Source: Pseudomonadota bacterium
GTDB taxonomy: Archaea > Thermoplasmatota > SW-10-69-26 > JACQPN01 > JAJPHT01
Reading direction: 5' to 3'
Assembly (NCBI GenBank): GCA_021325135.1
Contig: JAJPHT010000045.1
Coordinates: 28,205 to 92,204, forward strand
Length of the DNA: 64,000 nt
The notes below the pieces were generated by a model. The model did no database searches. It had not been told where the DNA came from and worked only from the letters and a program-made list of their open reading frames with translations. Of this stretch, positions 59,949 through 64,000 are shown in pieces. Position 1 is the first letter of the stretch; every line of letters starts with the position of its first letter. The translations under genes were made by a program, and so were the position numbers.

Positions 59949-61577
59949 ATGGAGTCCGTGTCCCATCGCCCTGCGAGCAAGCTTGCCTGGAGGGACCTCC
60001 GGTGGGGCGCGCTCCTGAAGCACGCCTGGCTGCTGCCCATCCTCGCCCTCGCGCTCTGGCTGCGCCTCGCGGGTATCGGCGACCACCACCTCTACGGCGA
60101 CGAGGCCGAGTACGCCATCGTCGCGCGCTACCTCAGCCGCGACTTCCTGTTCCTCTCCTACCCCGCCATCGATCCGTTCTCGACGGCTCCGTTCGTCTCG
60201 CAGCCGCCGCTGCTCCTCTACGTGACGGCGCTCTTCATGCGCGTCATGGGGCCCACCGACATGGCGGCGCTCCTGCCGCCCATCCTCTTCGGCACGGCGA
60301 CCGTGGCCGTCACCTACGCGCTGGGCAACCGGCTGGGCGGCCGCTTCGTGGGCCTCGCCGCCGCGGCGGTCATCGCGGTGCTGCCCTTCCACGTGCAGAT
60401 GAGCCGCCGCGCGATGCTCGACTCGGGGTTCGTCTTCTTCGTCGCGCTCACGGCGTACTTCCTCGTGCGCTGGCTCCAGACGCGCACGCGCGGCTCGGCG
60501 CTGGGCGTGGGCATCGCGGGCGCGTGCGCCGCGCTGGCGAAGCTCCCCGGCGTGCTGATCCTCTTCGTGGCCGCCATCGCGTTCGTCGCCGCGGTGGGCC
60601 TCGTCGTCGCGCGCCGCGCGCGCGGCAAGGCCACGCCCGCCGAGGTGCGCGAGACGCTGGTGCAGGGGGGCCTGGGCGTGGCGCCTGTCGTCGTGGGCGC
60701 GCTCCTCTACCTCGCGCTCCTCTGGAAGCTCCAGGCCATCACGAACCTCTGGGTGAAGCTCATCTGGCAGGCGGGCCGCGTCAACACCGCCAGCGCCGCC
60801 TTCGTGGACGTCGCGCAGCAGACGCGCGACTGGTCGTGGTACCTCACCGACCCCAAGTTCAGCTTCGGCGCCGAGTTCGGCCGCCCGATCCTCGTGCTGG
60901 GCCTCCTTGGCCTGGCCATCGGGCTCGCCCGCTTCCTGAGGCGCCCCGCCGCGCGCCTGGAGCACCTCGTCGCGCCCCTGGCGGCCGTCGTCATGGCGGC
61001 GTTCTTCTTCTACAGCGACCGCAAGGAGGGGTTCTACCTCCTGCCCTTCGCGCCCTTCCTCGCGCTGGGCGTCGGCTTCGCGGGCGCCGCGCTGCGCGAC
61101 CTGCTCGCGTGGGCGAACATCCGCCTCACGCGCGACGGGGCGCCGCGCTTCGCCCCCATCGCCATCGGCGTCGCGGCCATCCTCGTCGCGGTGCCCGCCT
61201 ACGGCGCCGCCAACGACAGCTATCACATCTTCGCCCTGGGCGAGTCGCAGGAGAAGTACCTGGGCGAGGGCACGCAGGAGGCGGCGGACTACATCCACCA
61301 GCACGATCCCGACGCCATCCAGTACGGCACGCTCCTGGGCCGCTTCACGCTCTACTGGTACAACGAGCAGCCCGCGTACCACTGGTACGTCGACCACACG
61401 TTCGTCGAGAGCCAGATCGAGGCGGGCCACCTCAAGTACGTCGTCAAGGACAACTACATCGGCCTGCCCTTCGACGACCAGTACCTCAACGACCTCATCA
61501 ACCAGCACCACGGCAAGCTCGTGGCGGAGTACCACCACGGATGGGGCAAGGTGCAGGTGTTCGAGGTATCGCCCTGA
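59949..61577 (+). CDS. Glycosyltransferase family 39 (ArnT/PMT-like)
   Basis: YGDEAEY and QPPL motifs; many TM segments; AMLD; AKLPG; extracellular C-terminal domain. Confidence 0.85.
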   Translation: MESVSHRPASKLAWRDLRWGALLKHAWLLPILALALWLRLAGIGDHHLYGDEAEYAIVARYLSRDFLFLSYPAIDPFSTAPFVSQPPLLLYVTALFMRVMGPTDMAALLPPILFGTATVAVTYALGNRLGGRFVGLAAAAVIAVLPFHVQMSRRAMLDSGFVFFVALTAYFLVRWLQTRTRGSALGVGIAGACAALAKLPGVLILFVAAIAFVAAVGLVVARRARGKATPAEVRETLVQGGLGVAPVVVGALLYLALLWKLQAITNLWVKLIWQAGRVNTASAAFVDVAQQTRDWSWYLTDPKFSFGAEFGRPILVLGLLGLAIGLARFLRRPAARLEHLVAPLAAVVMAAFFFYSDRKEGFYLLPFAPFLALGVGFAGAALRDLLAWANIRLTRDGAPRFAPIAIGVAAILVAVPAYGAANDSYHIFALGESQEKYLGEGTQEAADYIHQHDPDAIQYGTLLGRFTLYWYNEQPAYHWYVDHTFVESQIEAGHLKYVVKDNYIGLPFDDQYLNDLINQHHGKLVAEYHHGWGKVQVFEVSP

Positions 61578-61589
61578 AACAAACGGTCG

Positions 61590-61656
61590 TCGCGCGCGCC
61601 GCAGCGCGCGCACCCACGGGGGTTTCAGGGGGCGAAGCCCCCTGACGTGAAGCCCC
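61590..61656. repeat. REP-like palindromes
   Basis: cgcgcgc-cgca-gcgcgcg and tcagggggc-gaa-gccccctga hairpins. Confidence 0.55.
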
Positions 61657-61810
61657 GCTCCAGCCGACGGCCAAACTCGGGGATTTTTCTCGGCCTCGCG
61701 CGCGGGCGTTCGCGCCTGGAGAATCCCCTCGCGGAGCCCGCGCACGAGGGCCCATCACCCGCTCGCCACGACTGGGCAACGTCCAAGCGAGGGGACTCCG
61801 ATCCCGCTTC

Positions 61811-62128
61811 GTGGACTGGCGCGTCGCGGTGAAGCCCGCCAAGGGGGGCTGCGCGCTGGAGGTGGAGGTCGTGCCCGGCAGCCGCGAGAGCCGCTTCCCC
61901 GCGGGCTTCAACGCATGGCGCGGGCGCCTGGAGGCGAAGGTCCGCGCGCCCCCGGAGGAGGGGCAGGCCAACGCGGAATTGGTGGGCCTCGTCGCCGACG
62001 CGCTGGGCGTCCCGGCCTCGTGTGTGCGCGTGGGGGCCGGCGCGACCTCGCGCCGCAAGACGCTGCACGTCGAAGGGCTCGCGCCGCAGGAAGCGGCCGC
62101 GCGCCTCGCCGCAACGATGGGGCCCTAG
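61811..62128 (+). CDS. DUF167 (UPF0235) family protein
   Basis: VEVVPG, VRAPPEEGQANAEL and GATSRRK motifs. Confidence 0.9.
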   Translation: MDWRVAVKPAKGGCALEVEVVPGSRESRFPAGFNAWRGRLEAKVRAPPEEGQANAELVGLVADALGVPASCVRVGAGATSRRKTLHVEGLAPQEAAARLAATMGP

Positions 62129-63528
62129 GTCGCACCCCAGCCCGGGAACGCGGCGCGCAGGGGCTGGCTGCCGTGCCAGACCTGGAGCGCGCCGCCCGAG
62201 GCGTTGACGGCGGCCACCATGCCGAAGGTGCCATCGCCCCAGAGGTCGCCCACGGCGACGCCGCTGCGCGTGACGGGGGGCGTCGCCAGGAAGCCCTTCA
62301 CGCCGCCTCCGGCCAGGTCGAGGAGGAGCAGCCCCGTCCGCCCGTCCTTCGTGCCCGGCGCGATCACCACCTGCTTGCCGTCGCCCCGCACGTCCGCGAC
62401 GGCGAAGTCCTTGTTGCTCTCCGCGGCGTTGAGGTCGCGGTGCCAGATCTCCTTGCCCGTCGCGGAGAAGAGGAACGCATGGCCGGGCCCGACGCGCTCA
62501 AAGTTGCCGGGCTTGTGGCCGATGGTGTTCCAGTCGCCGCCCAGGATCACGGGCCGGCCCCCGACGCTGAGCACGATGGGCCGCGTGTGCGTGAGGGGCG
62601 CGCCCCACGAGGGCTGGGCCTTCCAGAGGAGCTGCCCGTTGGGGCTCACGGCGAAGAGGACGAAGTGGTCCCGCGTGAAGTCGGTCGCGTCGTGCGCGTC
62701 GCGGGCGCCGAAGACGACCTCCGGGTGCCCGTCGCCGGTGAGGTCGGCCAGCGTGGGCGCGGCGGGAATGCTCGCGGGCGTGACGTAGGCCGAGGCGCGG
62801 AACGTCCAGCGCGTGGCGCCCGTCGCGCCGTTGAGCGCGTAGACGGTCCCCGCGTCGTTGGCGACGACCACCTCGCGCCTCCCGTCGCCGTCGAGGTCCC
62901 CGACGCTGGGCGACGCGTGGCCGCCGGGGATGGCGCGGGCCCAGAGCGTCGTGCCGTTGGCCCTCACGGCGAAGACCCCCGTCTCCTCCGTGACCACCAC
63001 GACGTCGAGCTTGCCGTCGCCGTCCAAGTCCGCGACGACGGGCGTCGCGTCCATGGTGGTGAAGGACTGGTACGGGTTGTAGCGATGCTCCCAGACCTTG
63101 ACGAAGGCCAGGTGCGTCGCGTTGCTGGCCGCCGGGCTCACCTCGAAGCGCACGACCACCGCGGCCGTGTCGGCGACGACCACGTCGAGGCGGCCGTTGC
63201 CATCGAGGTCGGCCACGACGGGCGCGTTGATGGGCCCGCTGACCCCTTCGAAGGAGTAGCACGCCGACGTGCAGCCCGCGTTCCCTGGCGCGAACCGGGC
63301 GAGCACGGCTCCGGTCGCGGGGCTCACGACGTACACGCTGCCATCGTCGCTCTGCACGACGGCCTCGGGGCGCCGGTCCCCGTTGAAGTCCGCCAGGGCG
63401 ATCTGGAGGCCGTTGAACGGTCCGGCGCCCGGCGAGATCGTCCGTTGCAGGCTCGCCGTGGCCGCGGCCGGGGGGCTCGCCAGCAGGCCTGCCAGAAGCA
63501 GGATCGGGACCGATCGTCGGAAGAGCAT
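62125..63528 (-). CDS. Secreted FG-GAP/VCBS-repeat beta-propeller protein
   Basis: Signal peptide; repeated (A/G)D(L/F)xGDGxx(E/D)VV motifs; PQQ-like ALNGATG..RW. Confidence 0.85.
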   Translation of the reverse strand: MLFRRSVPILLLAGLLASPPAAATASLQRTISPGAGPFNGLQIALADFNGDRRPEAVVQSDDGSVYVVSPATGAVLARFAPGNAGCTSACYSFEGVSGPINAPVVADLDGNGRLDVVVADTAAVVVRFEVSPAASNATHLAFVKVWEHRYNPYQSFTTMDATPVVADLDGDGKLDVVVVTEETGVFAVRANGTTLWARAIPGGHASPSVGDLDGDGRREVVVANDAGTVYALNGATGATRWTFRASAYVTPASIPAAPTLADLTGDGHPEVVFGARDAHDATDFTRDHFVLFAVSPNGQLLWKAQPSWGAPLTHTRPIVLSVGGRPVILGGDWNTIGHKPGNFERVGPGHAFLFSATGKEIWHRDLNAAESNKDFAVADVRGDGKQVVIAPGTKDGRTGLLLLDLAGGGVKGFLATPPVTRSGVAVGDLWGDGTFGMVAAVNASGGALQVWHGSQPLRAAFPGWGAT

Positions 63529-63828
63529 GGCATACTTCCGTGCAGGCGGCGGCTTGGCAACTCTGGAACACGACGCCCACGCCGGGCTCCGGCCGCTTGG
63601 CAAAGGTTTTAACACCCGAGCCGGCATGGGCGGCGCGAACCGGGAGACCCCGCGTCTCCTCGTCCACCATTCACCATCCTTCGGACGTGATGGGCCTCGG
63701 CCCGCGTCCGCGTATGCCCCCTTCCTTGGGCAGGCGACCCGGCGAACCGCGCCGGCGACCTCCGCGGCCTGGCACCCTGGCCCCAGTGGAGCCGATCCTG
63801 CGGCGTGCCCGGTTCCAGGAGACACACG

Positions 63829-64000
63829 ATGTCCAACTCCACCAACATCGACCCGACCACGACCAAGTATCTCATCCGGGCCTCCATCGCCGCCGAGGGC
63901 GTCATCGAGAAGCCCGACGTCGTGGGCGCCATCTTCGGCCAGACCGAGGGGCTCCTCGGCGAGGACCTGGACCTGCGCGACCTCCAGAAGAGCGGCCGCA
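63829..64000 (+). CDS. dnaG: Archaeal DnaG (3' end beyond the window; not in the ORF track)
   Basis: [57 protein letters not shown]; AGGAG SD. Confidence 0.93.
   Translation, partial: MSNSTNIDPTTTKYLIRASIAAEGVIEKPDVVGAIFGQTEGLLGEDLDLRDLQKSGR

Overview
Very GC-rich, densely coding window from an archaeal chromosome. Archaeal markers are gatD/gatE, archaeal-type dnaG, AlaX-M, an HTH-CBS regulator, and many apparently leaderless genes with a TATA-like box about 25-35 nt upstream. The proteins are not acidic and aconitase and IDH are present, which points to a non-halophilic, high-GC lineage, probably Thermoplasmatota (inference). Most genes are housekeeping or envelope genes: gatDE, an MMPL transporter, tRNA-Phe(GAA), a MoxR/DUF58/transglutaminase operon, metG, acn, icd, an SDR, a thiolase, PfkB, MscS, GT39 and dnaG. 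The standout is a compact RiPP operon at about 37.2-40.75 kb. It has two tandem Cys/Ser/Thr-rich precursor peptides (one absent from the ORF track), then a stand-alone APH-type kinase, a HopA1-like lyase and a stand-alone Zn-motif LanC cyclase, i.e. a split lanthipeptide synthetase in an archaeon. Other oddities: a subtilase with GAEWN repeats coupled to a membrane histidine kinase, a Kv-like channel whose TVGYGD filter is replaced by NVAYLD, a synonymous-only duplication of the thiolase 3' end around a REP-like element, clusters of GAA-triloop hairpins, a 9-nt-periodic long palindrome, and an IDH with a probable CTG start and a histone-H1-like tail. All calls come from motif recognition by eye; no database searches were run.
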